Positions 19,548-29,078 of a stretch of 64,000 nt of DNA are shown here, piece after piece. Every line of letters begins with the position of its first letter. Position 1 is the stretch's first letter. Both the position numbers and the translations under genes were made by a program. Source of the stretch: Gemmatimonas sp. (GTDB lineage: Bacteria > Gemmatimonadota > Gemmatimonadetes > Gemmatimonadales > Gemmatimonadaceae). The stretch spans positions 3,392,001 through 3,456,000 of the forward strand of contig OZ257156.1 of NCBI GenBank assembly GCA_965279375.1, written 5' to 3'. A model generated the notes under the pieces. The model ran no database searches and was not told the DNA's origin. It worked only from the letters and a program-made list of their open reading frames with translations.

Positions 19548-19705
19548 ATCGGTTCCGGGTCGCGGGTCGTGGGTTCGTTACAGATAACAATGCGACGCGA
19601 CCGCAACGGTGGTGCGCGCTTGAGGGCGTGATGCAGATTTCCGAGTGAACGCTCTCATGCCTCGAGCATCGACATCACTTTCGACCCAACGAAGAGACCT
19701 GCCCG

Positions 19706-20302
19706 ATGAAGCTCGCCCAAATGCTCCGCGACAAGCATCTCGATGTCTGGGAAGCCTTTGCACTCGAAATTGGCGGGACCTGGAATAGCCCCGGACTGGG
19801 CGATACACCGCGCATCGACGTTGCTCACGCGCGCGGCCCGGTGCGCATTGAAGGCAACGTGACGTTGGTGCTCGTGGGAAAAGTGCTCGTGCCCATGCTG
19901 TCCACCAGCTTCGTTGCGCTCCTGCCTGCCACGCACGAACAGCGATTCTCCGTGTCTCGTGCCTCGTTCGCCTCGGCGGTCGCGGATTGGTTCGGCGCGC
20001 TCGATATCCATGTGGACGACGAGGAATTCGACAAAGCGTTCGTGCTCAAGGGCGAGACGCCGGACATCGTCCGCGAACTCTTCGCCAGCGCGGCGCTCCG
20101 TGAACGGTATCTGCGCGACTTCGAAGGGCAGCTGCATCGTCGCGATGACAAGACGTTGTTCGGCGACCCGACGCCGGACGCGGACCCGTTTGAGCTGTCC
20201 GTTCCGGGCTACGTCGATACGATCGAGCGGATGCGTGCGCTGTGGGCCCTTTTTGTCGAGACGCTCGAACGCTTGCCGGATGGTCCTGCGCGTGCTGCCT
20301 AG
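19706..20302 (+). CDS. DUF3137-like hypothetical protein
   Basis: DIHVDDEEFDKAFVLKG pattern; coding codon bias. Confidence 0.65.
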   Translation: MKLAQMLRDKHLDVWEAFALEIGGTWNSPGLGDTPRIDVAHARGPVRIEGNVTLVLVGKVLVPMLSTSFVALLPATHEQRFSVSRASFASAVADWFGALDIHVDDEEFDKAFVLKGETPDIVRELFASAALRERYLRDFEGQLHRRDDKTLFGDPTPDADPFELSVPGYVDTIERMRALWALFVETLERLPDGPARAA

Positions 20303-20837
20303 CACGCGACGTCTCACCTTGCCGTTTCAGGTGACTATCGACCACGAGGTCATCGGCGGCGGTGGCATCACGACGACCGAAGAGCGTCGACACGGCGTGC
20401 TGCGGCTGGAGCGCGACACGCTGGTGGTGCAATGGCGGGTGGAACGAGAGGTCCACCGCGTCGGTCCGGAGATCCGTTCCAACGTGGAACGGGCAGGGAT
20501 GCGAGAGGCCACGATTGCGTTGCACGCGTTGAGCGACGCGCGTGTTCGAGAGCACGGTCGCTGGCGGTGGAAGCGCTGGGACTTCGCGCTGATCGCCGCC
20601 GATCTCGCGGCATTCGATCGCTTGGCCAGCGACGATGGATTCGCGTTCGAGCATCCGGCCGAGTTGGTGCTACCGCTGCGCCGCCAAGACTTGGAGTTGG
20701 CGCACGAGTTTGCGTCGGAGCTCAAGCTCACGCTGGCGGAACGAGCGCTGGTGGACGCGGAGCGGGCGTCGGCGTTGCCACCGACGGACGCACGCATGCT
20801 CCCGTCGACGAAGCCGAACGAGCCGTTGCGCGACTAA
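20280..20837 (+). CDS. hypothetical protein
   Basis: 3' part of ORF 19914..20837; start chosen at the end of the upstream gene (ATG 20280 or GTG 20292). Confidence 0.6.
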   Translation: MVLRVLPSTRRLTLPFQVTIDHEVIGGGGITTTEERRHGVLRLERDTLVVQWRVEREVHRVGPEIRSNVERAGMREATIALHALSDARVREHGRWRWKRWDFALIAADLAAFDRLASDDGFAFEHPAELVLPLRRQDLELAHEFASELKLTLAERALVDAERASALPPTDARMLPSTKPNEPLRD

Positions 20838-20969
20838 CCGATCGCAACGCGCACTGCCTCGAACACCGTTCCCATGCCGACTGCGCTTACCCGATGACGG
20901 CGCGCTACAACGGCACCGGCAGCAGAGACGACGCGGCGTCGTTCCGCTGCCGATGACCGCGCGCGGGAT

Positions 20970-21944
20970 TTACGCCGCGAGTAGCTCGCGCTCGAGTCGC
21001 GCGTAGCTCGCTTCCATGCCGGTGGTCATGCCCGTGCCCAGGATCATGTCACGCAGCTCCTTGTTGGGGAACGTGGTGACGATGCTCAACAGCGTGCCGC
21101 CATCGACCGGGACGAGGGTGAGTTCGTTGTGCGTGCTGGGACCCGGGGTGCCCAGCATTCGCTCCGAGGTCACGGCGCGATACGGTGCCGCGCGCTCGAG
21201 CAGCTCCCCTTCGAAGCCGAATCGCCGGGACTTGTCCGCGCTTTCCCACTCGTGGCGGTACGATTCGCCGACCTCGCCAGCGAGCTGGCAGACGGGCATC
21301 GTCCAGCCATCGGGGCCGAGCAGCCAACGCTGCATGAGGGAAGCCTCGTTGTGCGCGCGCCAGACCTGTTCGACGCTGCCGCGAATGACGCGACTGACGC
21401 GGATCTGTGTGTCGTTCAGCAACTGCGCCTCGGTCAGGCGATCGCTGGCGAAGCTCTTGAGGTCGAGCAACACGGCGTCGATCTGACCCATCGCCGACTT
21501 CATGCCTTCCATCATGCCCATCTGCACGAGCTGCTCCATCGATTCGACGCTGGAGAAGTGCGTCACGCTCGTGAAACGCGAACCCTGTTCCGTGGTGTCG
21601 AAGCTGAACACCATGCGCATCGTGGGCATCTGCGTGTTCGGATTGCCCGACTCATCGGAGAAGCCATCCTCCACCTCGAAGCGACGAAACGGCTCGATGG
21701 AGAGAAAACGGAACCAGCCACCCGCTTTCGTTCCGTCGGGGCCCGTCATGTAGTAGTGCGAGTAGCCGCCCACAGCCATGTCGTGGCGCGTGAACGTGGC
21801 GGGCCACTGCTCAGGGCCCCAGAAGCGCTCGAGCTGTCGCGGATCGGAGTAGGCGTTCCAGAGTCGCTCGACGGGGACCGGATAGTCGGCCGCGACGGTG
21901 AGGGTGAGCGCGGCGGCGTCGGAGGATACGGAGGTGATCGGCAT
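20970..21944 (-). CDS. tandem SRPBCC (AHSA1/START-like) domain protein
   Basis: Two repeats: ERLWNAYSDP..FWGP and EQVWRAH..WLLGPDGW; ends in GMEASYARL. Confidence 0.9.
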   Translation of the reverse strand: MPITSVSSDAAALTLTVAADYPVPVERLWNAYSDPRQLERFWGPEQWPATFTRHDMAVGGYSHYYMTGPDGTKAGGWFRFLSIEPFRRFEVEDGFSDESGNPNTQMPTMRMVFSFDTTEQGSRFTSVTHFSSVESMEQLVQMGMMEGMKSAMGQIDAVLLDLKSFASDRLTEAQLLNDTQIRVSRVIRGSVEQVWRAHNEASLMQRWLLGPDGWTMPVCQLAGEVGESYRHEWESADKSRRFGFEGELLERAAPYRAVTSERMLGTPGPSTHNELTLVPVDGGTLLSIVTTFPNKELRDMILGTGMTTGMEASYARLERELLAA

Positions 21945-21946
21945 GG

Positions 21947-22300
21947 CTAGCTCTTGGAAGGACGTGGGGCGGCGAGGATGGCGTCGAGCTGACTGAAGCG
22001 CTCGACCCAGAGGCGTTCGAGGTGAAGCAGGAGCTCGCGGGCACGCGCGAGTTGCTCCGGGTTGCCGCGGACGATTCGCTCGCGGCCCTGCGTGTGTTTG
22101 GACACGAGTCCGGCATCCTCCAAAACGGCGACATGCTTCTGGACGGCAGCGAACGACATGTCGTAGCGCGAGGCGAGTGCGCTGACGGACGCCTGCTCGC
22201 CGGCCATCACCCGTGCGACGATGTCCCGCCGCGTGGTGTCGGCGAGGGCGCGAAAGAGTCGGTCGAGCTCAGGGTCGGTGAGCGGGAAACGTGCAACCAT
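21947..22300 (-). CDS. ArsR/SmtB family transcriptional regulator
   Basis: FRALADTTRRDIV..SFAAVQKHVAVLEDAGLV..GRER. Confidence 0.93.
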   Translation of the reverse strand: MVARFPLTDPELDRLFRALADTTRRDIVARVMAGEQASVSALASRYDMSFAAVQKHVAVLEDAGLVSKHTQGRERIVRGNPEQLARARELLLHLERLWVERFSQLDAILAAPRPSKS

Positions 22301-22337
22301 ATGGTTGTAGGTTATGGCAGATCGGTCTCGCCGTCAA
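22294..22337 (-). promoter_or_regulatory. sigma70 promoter and palindromic operator of the first ArsR-SRPBCC operon
   Basis: Minus strand TTGACG (22337-22332), 17 bp, TAACCT (22314-22309); perfect palindrome CAACCATATGGTTG at 22294-22307 covering the start codon. Confidence 0.75.
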
Positions 22338-22469
22338 GAGGGTGTGATCGCCGACATACCTGCACTTGTCAGCGGGCGGCCGTCGGAGAGTTTTGGAGGT
22401 CCGGCGTGCATCGCGCGTCGAATCGCCGACCGGCTGTCCTGATCGACTTCACTCGCCAGACGCAACGCC

Positions 22470-23459
22470 ATGTTTCGCCACCCGCTTGCCCGTCTCCTCT
22501 CCGCCCGTCGCGCAGTTGCTCGCCGTCTCGAGACCCAACGCCCCTCCACGAACCTGTGGAATGCCGCACGTCTGGTGCGCCGGAGCTGGCCCGTGCTGAC
22601 GCTGCTCTCCGCTTGTGCCAGCGTGGCATCGGCGCCGACGTTGCAATCGCTCACGGCAGCGTACAGTGCGGCGCAGTGCTCCAGTTGCGCCGAGTGGAAC
22701 GAGCCGCAGCAGCCGTTTCGTATTGCCGGCAACTCGTACTTTGTCGGCACGCACGGGCTGACCGCGGTGCTGATCACTTCGCCCGACGGACACGTGCTGA
22801 TCGATGGTGCGCTTCCCAATTCGGCGCCGCTCATTCGGGACAACATTCGTGCGTTAGGGTTCGACATCGCGGACGTGAAGCTGATCCTCAACTCGCATGC
22901 GCACTTCGATCATGCGGGAGGCATCGCGGCGCTGCAGCGCTTGTCCGGCGCGCGCGTCATGGCGAGTCCGGCGAGCGCCGTCGCATTCCGGAAGGGCAAC
23001 TCCGAGCCGGGCGACCCGCAGCATGGATCGCTCGTCGACTTCGCGGCCATCGCTTCGGTGGAGGAGCTGGTGGACGGACGGACGATCACGCTGGGTTCGC
23101 TCTCGATCACGCCGCACGTCACGCCGGCGCACATGCCAGGCGGCACCACGTGGTCCTGGCGCTCGTGCGAGGCAGGGAAGTGCACCGACATCGTCTACGC
23201 GGACAGTCAGTCACTGATTTCCGCGAATGGCTTTCGCTTCAGCACCCGCACCGATCTCGCGCAGGTGGAGCGCGGCTTTGCCACGATCGAACAGCTGCCG
23301 TGCGATATCCTGCTCACGCCGCACCCGGCGGCATCATCGATGTGGGAGCGCCGGAGCTCGCCGCAGGGGATGACCGACACGGGCGCGTGCAAGCGCTACG
23401 CGGAGAGCGCTCGTCAAAAGCTGGCGCAGACGCTTACCGCCGAGCGCGCGCGCCAATGA
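22470..23459 (+). CDS. bla: subclass B3 metallo-beta-lactamase
   Basis: WNEPQQPFRIAGNSYFVGT, LIDGALP, NSHAHFDHAGG (HxHxDH), TPAHMPGGTTW, VYADS and LLTPHP; the true start may lie further downstream. Confidence 0.9.
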   Translation: MFRHPLARLLSARRAVARRLETQRPSTNLWNAARLVRRSWPVLTLLSACASVASAPTLQSLTAAYSAAQCSSCAEWNEPQQPFRIAGNSYFVGTHGLTAVLITSPDGHVLIDGALPNSAPLIRDNIRALGFDIADVKLILNSHAHFDHAGGIAALQRLSGARVMASPASAVAFRKGNSEPGDPQHGSLVDFAAIASVEELVDGRTITLGSLSITPHVTPAHMPGGTTWSWRSCEAGKCTDIVYADSQSLISANGFRFSTRTDLAQVERGFATIEQLPCDILLTPHPAASSMWERRSSPQGMTDTGACKRYAESARQKLAQTLTAERARQ

Positions 23460-23806
23460 GCGATGTCTCGCCCGTCTCTCGCGAAAACGCGGAGCACTAC
23501 GTCTGGGGCGCGCAGTGCGATGGCTGGCATCTCGTGCGCGCATCTGGCCTGAGCGTCATTCAGGAGCAGATGCCGCCCGGCACAGCGGAAGCTCGGCACC
23601 GACACCACGTTGCGCGGCAATTCTTCTTCGTGCTCTCTGGCGAACTGACCATCGAGGTCGAGCAGATGACGCACCGACTGTGCGCACAGGCGGGACTCGA
23701 AATCGCGCCCGGCCGCGCGCATGTCGTTCGCAACGAGTCCTCGGAGCGTGTGGACTTCCTCGTCGTGTCCCAGCCTCCCAGCCACGGTGACCGCGAGCCA
23801 GCGTAA
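23456..23806 (+). CDS. cupin domain protein
   Basis: AEHYVWG..CDGWHLV, EQMPPG..HRH..QFFFVLSG; ATGA overlap with the bla stop codon. Confidence 0.88.
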   Translation: MSDVSPVSRENAEHYVWGAQCDGWHLVRASGLSVIQEQMPPGTAEARHRHHVARQFFFVLSGELTIEVEQMTHRLCAQAGLEIAPGRAHVVRNESSERVDFLVVSQPPSHGDREPA

Positions 23807-23832
23807 TCCGGCTCGCGGATATCGCAGAGACT

Positions 23833-24798
23833 CTAACGTGTCGCTGCAGCCACCTGCAGCAGTTCGTCCAGCGCGTCGAACGAGCCGGACCACCCCATCA
23901 TCATGCCCGTTCGTTCGGCGGTGAAGGCCGCCATTTCGTCTGCCGTCACATCGCCCTCCACTGCGAATCGCACGACCACGCGCGAGTGCGCCGGTCCTTC
24001 CGAAAAGAAGTTGACGGTTACGAGGTTGTATTCGGGCCAGTTCGGAGAGCCCGGTTGCCGAGTGAGGTTGCCGTCGGCGTCGGTGAAGGACTGCACGTAG
24101 CTGAGTGCATCCGGGCGACGGACGTCGAGGTAGCGCTGAGCGACGTGCATCTCGAAGTCGGCGTTGTTGAGCGAGAACCGCAGCGCTCCACCGGTGCGGA
24201 TGTCGGCGTGCTGATACGTCATCGTGAAGCCGGCGGGCGGCAGCCATGCGGCCAACTGCGCGGGCGTCGTCCAGGCATCGAAGACCGCTTCGATCGGTGC
24301 GTCGAACGATCGCGCGATGACGAACACTTCCTGCGACGAGACCTGCTTCTCGAGGTACTCGGCCAGACGATCCCACGTCGAGTTGCCATTCGCCGACTTG
24401 ATGAAGACGCGCGACTGCGCGGCCTGTTCGGCAGTGGCGAGTGCCATGCGCATGTCGAGCTCCGTCTTGTCTCCGATCGCTCGGAAGGTGGCCGTCACGC
24501 GAAAGAGCGGCGCGGCGTCTGCGGAAGACGCGCCGTGATCGTAGACGAGGCGCGACTGATGCTCCACTTCGTGGTACGTCGTGAAGTTGGGCCAGTCGGT
24601 GCCGTCGGGGCCGTGCATCGTGTAGTCCCAGGTGCCGCCGGGGCGCAGGTCCTTGCTGTGCGTGGTGATCGTGAAGCCGCGAGGACCCCACCACTGCGCG
24701 ACCTGCTTCAGGTCAGTCCAGGCATCCCACACCAGCGCCAGCGGCGCATCGTAGAGGCGAATGATGCGAATCTCGTTGTCCTTACTTGGTGTGCTCAT
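23833..24798 (-). CDS. tandem SRPBCC (AHSA1/START-like) domain protein
   Basis: RLYDAPLALVWDAWTD..WWGPRGF, and a second domain RSFDAPIEAVFDAWT. Confidence 0.9.
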   Translation of the reverse strand: MSTPSKDNEIRIIRLYDAPLALVWDAWTDLKQVAQWWGPRGFTITTHSKDLRPGGTWDYTMHGPDGTDWPNFTTYHEVEHQSRLVYDHGASSADAAPLFRVTATFRAIGDKTELDMRMALATAEQAAQSRVFIKSANGNSTWDRLAEYLEKQVSSQEVFVIARSFDAPIEAVFDAWTTPAQLAAWLPPAGFTMTYQHADIRTGGALRFSLNNADFEMHVAQRYLDVRRPDALSYVQSFTDADGNLTRQPGSPNWPEYNLVTVNFFSEGPAHSRVVVRFAVEGDVTADEMAAFTAERTGMMMGWSGSFDALDELLQVAAATR

Positions 24799-25159
24799 TG
24801 GTCGGGTCGGGTGAGGGCGTTGTGGTGCCGGAGGGATGGGTGATGGACTTCAGGTATTCGCCCAGTCGATCAAGGCTTTCTTCCATCTGCTCGCGATACT
24901 CCGCCAGCCATTGGTCCGCGTCCTTGAGCGGTTCCGGGTTGAGCTTGCACGGTCGCCATTGAGCCTCGCGGCCCTTGGTGACCAAGCCCGCCGTCTCCAG
25001 CACCTTGAGGTGCTTGGTGATGCCGGGGAGGGTCATCTGTCCGAGAAACGGCTCGGCGATCTGGCCTACCGTCGCGTCGCCCTGCCGCAGTCGCGCGAGG
25101 ATGGCGCGGCGGGTGGGGTCGGCGAGTGCGGAGAAGGTTCGACTGAGCGTGTCTTGCAT
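24782..25159 (-). CDS. ArsR/SmtB family transcriptional regulator
   Basis: FSALADPTRRAILARL..TKHLKVLETAGLV..AQWRPC. Confidence 0.93.
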   Translation of the reverse strand: MQDTLSRTFSALADPTRRAILARLRQGDATVGQIAEPFLGQMTLPGITKHLKVLETAGLVTKGREAQWRPCKLNPEPLKDADQWLAEYREQMEESLDRLGEYLKSITHPSGTTTPSPDPTNEHTK

Positions 25160-25160
25160 G

Positions 25161-25218
25161 TTAAGCCGAGTGGTTAATTAGCTGACTGGTAAAGTAAGCG
25201 TCTCAGCGCGGCCGTCAA
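25161..25218 (-). promoter_or_regulatory. sigma70-like promoter and imperfect palindromic operator of the second ArsR-SRPBCC operon
   Basis: Minus strand TTGACG (25218-25213), 16 bp, TACTTT (25196-25191); TTAACCACTCGGCTTAA directly before the ATG. Confidence 0.6.
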
Positions 25219-25351
25219 GCGCGGATTATGGCCTGCCGCCGAACGGACCACCGGACTGGCAGGATTGGTGGACCGGCCGCTCCTTTCCAGCGTTTCGCCC
25301 AGCAGTGCGCATCGCTCCCCTCTGCCTTGTCGCTCCTCTCGCACGCATGCC

Positions 25352-27724
25352 ATGACGTTTCCCTTTCCACCGCGCAGCGCGCGGGCTCGCGCTCTCGGCG
25401 TTGTGCTCGGGGGCCTGCTAGTGTCCGTCGATGCCGCGGCGCAAACGGCGGGATTCGGCATGGCGCTGCTCGACCGCAATGGCGCATGGGTGCGCATCGA
25501 CGCGTACGCGCCGAATGTCGTGCATGTCACCGTAGCCGCCGAAAAAAGTGAGGCGCTCAAGCCAGCGGGCTACGGCATTCTGCGTGAGCATGCTGACGGT
25601 CGTGGATTCGCGCACACGCTCGATGCGACCGGTGATCGTTTCGCGTCGGCGGCGCTCTCGTTGCACGTCGATGCGGCCCCGCCGCCGCATGTGCCATCGC
25701 AGGGGGAGAAGTACTTCGCGCCTTCGCTCGCCCCGGTGGGGCTGCAGGTGAAGAACGCGCGCGGCGAGACCATCCTGACGATGGATGGTTGGGAGATGGC
25801 GCCGCACACGGTGAACGGTGAAGCGACGTACCAAGTGGGAGCGAGCTTTCGTGCGCCGGCCGGCGAGCACTACTACGGCATGGGACAGAATCAGGAATCG
25901 CTTGGTTCGCTCGATCTGCGTGGACGCACCATTGACTGCAAGCACTGGTATGACGCGCCGGCTGGCGAGACGGTGTGCGTGCCGTTCATGGTGTCGTCGA
26001 AGGGATACGGCATCGTTTGGGACAATCCTTCGGCGACGCAGTTCGTCGCGGGGATCAATGGCCGCACCGCGTTTCGATCGCGTGTGGGCGAGCGGGTGAG
26101 TTTCTTCGTGGTCGTTGGCGAGACGCCGGAGGCGATCTACGCGGGGTACGCGACACTCACTGGCAAGACGCCCATTCCGCCCAAGGCAGCGTTCGGGTTG
26201 ATCCAATCCAAGGCGCGCTACGAAAGTCAGGACGAAGTGCTGCGCGTGGCGAATGCCTATCGCCGCAAATCGTATCCGCTCGACATCATGGTGATCGACT
26301 GGTTTCACTGGACGCGCATGGGACAGATGGACATCGACCCGGCGCAGTTCCCCGATCCGGACGCCATGAACGCGCAGCTGCACGCGATGGGGCTCAAGTC
26401 GATCATCTCGATCTGGCCGCGCTATGAGACGTCAGGGCGCTACTTCAATGAGCTGGATGCCAAGGGCTACTTGCTGAAGGACAAGAACGGGAAGACGGTG
26501 GACGGACTACCATTTCGCTCGGACCGTACGGGCGGGTTGCTGGATGCCACCAACCCGGCGGCGCGTACGTGGTTCTGGGAGCACGCGCGCGACAACATCC
26601 TCTCGCATGGCTTTGACTATCCGTGGTTAGACGAAACGGAACCCGATCTCGTGCCGGACGGATTCTTCTACTCGATCGGGTCCGGTGATCGCTTTCACAA
26701 CCTGTACCCGTTGGTGCATGTCGACGGTGTCGCGCAGGGGATGCGTGCGTGGAAGCCCAACACGCGTGCGCTCATTCTCAGTCGGGCGGCGTATCTGGGT
26801 GCGCAGCGCACGGGCGCACTGTTCTGGTCGTCCGATATCGGTCCCACGTGGGAAGCGTTGCAGCGTCAGGTGCCGAGCGGGTTGAACATGACCGCGTCTG
26901 GGATCGCGTATTGGGGCAACGACATCGGCGGATGGCAGTGGCTTCCACAAACCACGAATGCCACGAAGCCGCCGCTGCTCGATCCAGCGGGCGCCGAGGC
27001 GACGATCGGCAAGAACTACGACTATCCCGAGCTGTTCACGCGCTGGTTTCAGTACGGCACGTTCCTGCCGACGCTGCGCATTCACGGTGACCGAAAGCAT
27101 GCGGAGATTTGGGAGTTCGGGGCTGCGGCTGAAGCGGTACTGGCCAAGTTCGATCGGCTGCGCTACCAGCTCGTGCCGTACATCTACAGTCAGGCCAAGC
27201 GCACATACGATACTGGTGCGCCGTTCATGCGTCCGCTGTGGATGGATTTTCCACGTGACACGGCCGTCGCCAGCATTGGCACGCAGTACATGTTTGGATC
27301 GGCGTTTCTCGTTGCGCCGGTGACGGAGCAGGGGCAGACGACGAAGCGTGTATACCTGCCGGCCGGCACGAGTTGGTACAACTACTGGACGAACGTGCGA
27401 CATGCGGGCGGACAGTGGATCGACGTTGCGGCACCGGTCGATCAGATTCCGCTGTTCGTGCGCGCTGGGGCCATTGTGCCGTTCGGCGCGGACGTGCAAT
27501 CCACAGCCACGCGTCAAGCGATCGCCTCGATTCAGATCTACGCTGGTGCCGATGGGGACTTCGCGCTCTACGACGACGACGGCGCGACCTACGACTATGA
27601 GCGCGGCAAGAGTACGACCACTTCGCTCCACTGGGACAATACGACTGGTGTGCTGCGTGCGAGTGGTGGTGACTCGGTGCTCGTACGCGATGTGCAACGA
27701 CTCGTGCGCGTCCTCGGCAAGTAG
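25352..27724 (+). CDS. glycoside hydrolase family 31 (alpha-xylosidase/alpha-glucosidase-like), secreted
   Basis: YYGMGQ, VPFMVSSKGYG, WLDETEPD nucleophile region, WSSDI, DIGG, RWFQYGTF, PFMRPL and YLPAG. Confidence 0.93.
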   Translation: MTFPFPPRSARARALGVVLGGLLVSVDAAAQTAGFGMALLDRNGAWVRIDAYAPNVVHVTVAAEKSEALKPAGYGILREHADGRGFAHTLDATGDRFASAALSLHVDAAPPPHVPSQGEKYFAPSLAPVGLQVKNARGETILTMDGWEMAPHTVNGEATYQVGASFRAPAGEHYYGMGQNQESLGSLDLRGRTIDCKHWYDAPAGETVCVPFMVSSKGYGIVWDNPSATQFVAGINGRTAFRSRVGERVSFFVVVGETPEAIYAGYATLTGKTPIPPKAAFGLIQSKARYESQDEVLRVANAYRRKSYPLDIMVIDWFHWTRMGQMDIDPAQFPDPDAMNAQLHAMGLKSIISIWPRYETSGRYFNELDAKGYLLKDKNGKTVDGLPFRSDRTGGLLDATNPAARTWFWEHARDNILSHGFDYPWLDETEPDLVPDGFFYSIGSGDRFHNLYPLVHVDGVAQGMRAWKPNTRALILSRAAYLGAQRTGALFWSSDIGPTWEALQRQVPSGLNMTASGIAYWGNDIGGWQWLPQTTNATKPPLLDPAGAEATIGKNYDYPELFTRWFQYGTFLPTLRIHGDRKHAEIWEFGAAAEAVLAKFDRLRYQLVPYIYSQAKRTYDTGAPFMRPLWMDFPRDTAVASIGTQYMFGSAFLVAPVTEQGQTTKRVYLPAGTSWYNYWTNVRHAGGQWIDVAAPVDQIPLFVRAGAIVPFGADVQSTATRQAIASIQIYAGADGDFALYDDDGATYDYERGKSTTTSLHWDNTTGVLRASGGDSVLVRDVQRLVRVLGK

Positions 27725-27808
27725 GGAGCGTCGCGCTTGCCGTCCACGCCGGCGCTCGATCAGTTTCAGGCGAGTCGCCCGTCACCTCCGTCCACCCATC
27801 GTCGCTCC

Positions 27809-29035
27809 ATGAAATTCTCGCACGCTCACGTCGACTGGTATCGTCCGCTGGCCGCCGCCATCGTTACAGCACTCTTTGCCGTCAGTGCGTCGGCGCAATC
27901 AGGTGTCGCGTATGATACGGTGACACTGCGCGTTAAACGCACGTTCGCGGAGCAACAGCTGCGCGCGCTGGCCGAGCCGTACGTGGGCATCCGTCTCCCG
28001 ACTGGAATCGTGGGCGGGCTCTTCCCGATTCGCGCGACGGGCGTCTCCACGGCGCCGATCGTCGAGGCCGCGTCGCGCTTCGTGGCGTCGTTGACCTCCG
28101 CGCAGCTGTTGCGGACGCAGTTCGCGGTGGACGACCCGGAGTGGCGTCGCTGGTCCAACATCGACAACGGCCTCTACGTGCGGCAGGGGGTCAGTCTGCG
28201 AGAGATGTCACCCGCGCAGCGCCGCGCAGCGATGGGGATCATGCAAGCCTCGCTCAGTGCGCGCGGATTGGCCAATAGCGCGGCGATCATGAAGACGGAT
28301 CAGACGCTGCGCGAAATCAATCGCGACTCGTTGAGCTATGGCGAGGATCTGTACTTCTTCACGATCATGGGGCGACCGTCGTCAACAGAGCCGTGGGGAT
28401 GGCAGATCGACGGACACCATCTCGTGATCAATTTCTTCGTGCTGGGCGATCAGGTAGTGATGACACCGATCTTCATGGGCGGAGAACCAGCCATCACCAC
28501 CACAGGCAAGTACAAGGGCAATCGGATTCTGCAGGCGGAACAGGATCAGGGGCTCGCGTTCTTTCGGGGCTTGTCGCCGTTGCAGCGCGATGGGGCGGTG
28601 CTGTCGCGCGAGAAGCGCGCGAACGACATCAAGCTGCAGGCAGACAAGGACAACGATGTGCTGGCGTATGCCGGTGTTCCGGCCAGCGCACTTTCCGCGG
28701 CGCAGCAATCGGCGTTGATGGAGCTGGTGGCGCTGTACGTAGGCAATCTCCGGGATGATCAGGCGCGCGTGAAGATGAGCGATGTACGAGCGCATCTGAA
28801 CGAGACGCACTTCGCCTGGACTGGTGGTGCGACCGATACCTCGGTCTTCTACTATCGTATCCATAGTCCGGTGGTGCTGATCGAGTTCGACCATCAGCGG
28901 CCCGTGGGAACGAGAGTCCTCAACGACCCGTCGAAGCCGACGCGGGGCCATATCCATATCGTTGTCCGCACGCCCAACGGGAACGACTACGGGAAAGACC
29001 TGCTCTCACAGCATCTCGCCCGGACCAAGCACTAA
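27809..29035 (+). CDS. DUF3500 domain protein, secreted
   Basis: WRRWSN, PWGWQIDGHHL, YYRIHSPVVLIEFDH and HIHIVVRTPNGNDYG. Confidence 0.85.
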   Translation: MKFSHAHVDWYRPLAAAIVTALFAVSASAQSGVAYDTVTLRVKRTFAEQQLRALAEPYVGIRLPTGIVGGLFPIRATGVSTAPIVEAASRFVASLTSAQLLRTQFAVDDPEWRRWSNIDNGLYVRQGVSLREMSPAQRRAAMGIMQASLSARGLANSAAIMKTDQTLREINRDSLSYGEDLYFFTIMGRPSSTEPWGWQIDGHHLVINFFVLGDQVVMTPIFMGGEPAITTTGKYKGNRILQAEQDQGLAFFRGLSPLQRDGAVLSREKRANDIKLQADKDNDVLAYAGVPASALSAAQQSALMELVALYVGNLRDDQARVKMSDVRAHLNETHFAWTGGATDTSVFYYRIHSPVVLIEFDHQRPVGTRVLNDPSKPTRGHIHIVVRTPNGNDYGKDLLSQHLARTKH

Positions 29036-29078
29036 CAGCGTCGTGTTCACAAGCTGGACTTCGCACTCGCGCATATCT

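Noticed and set aside
22022..23806. 594 aa ORF that looks like a large cupin fusion
   Set aside because: Only 23456-23806 has cupin motifs; the remainder overlaps ArsR and bla in other frames and is Arg/Ala-rich noise
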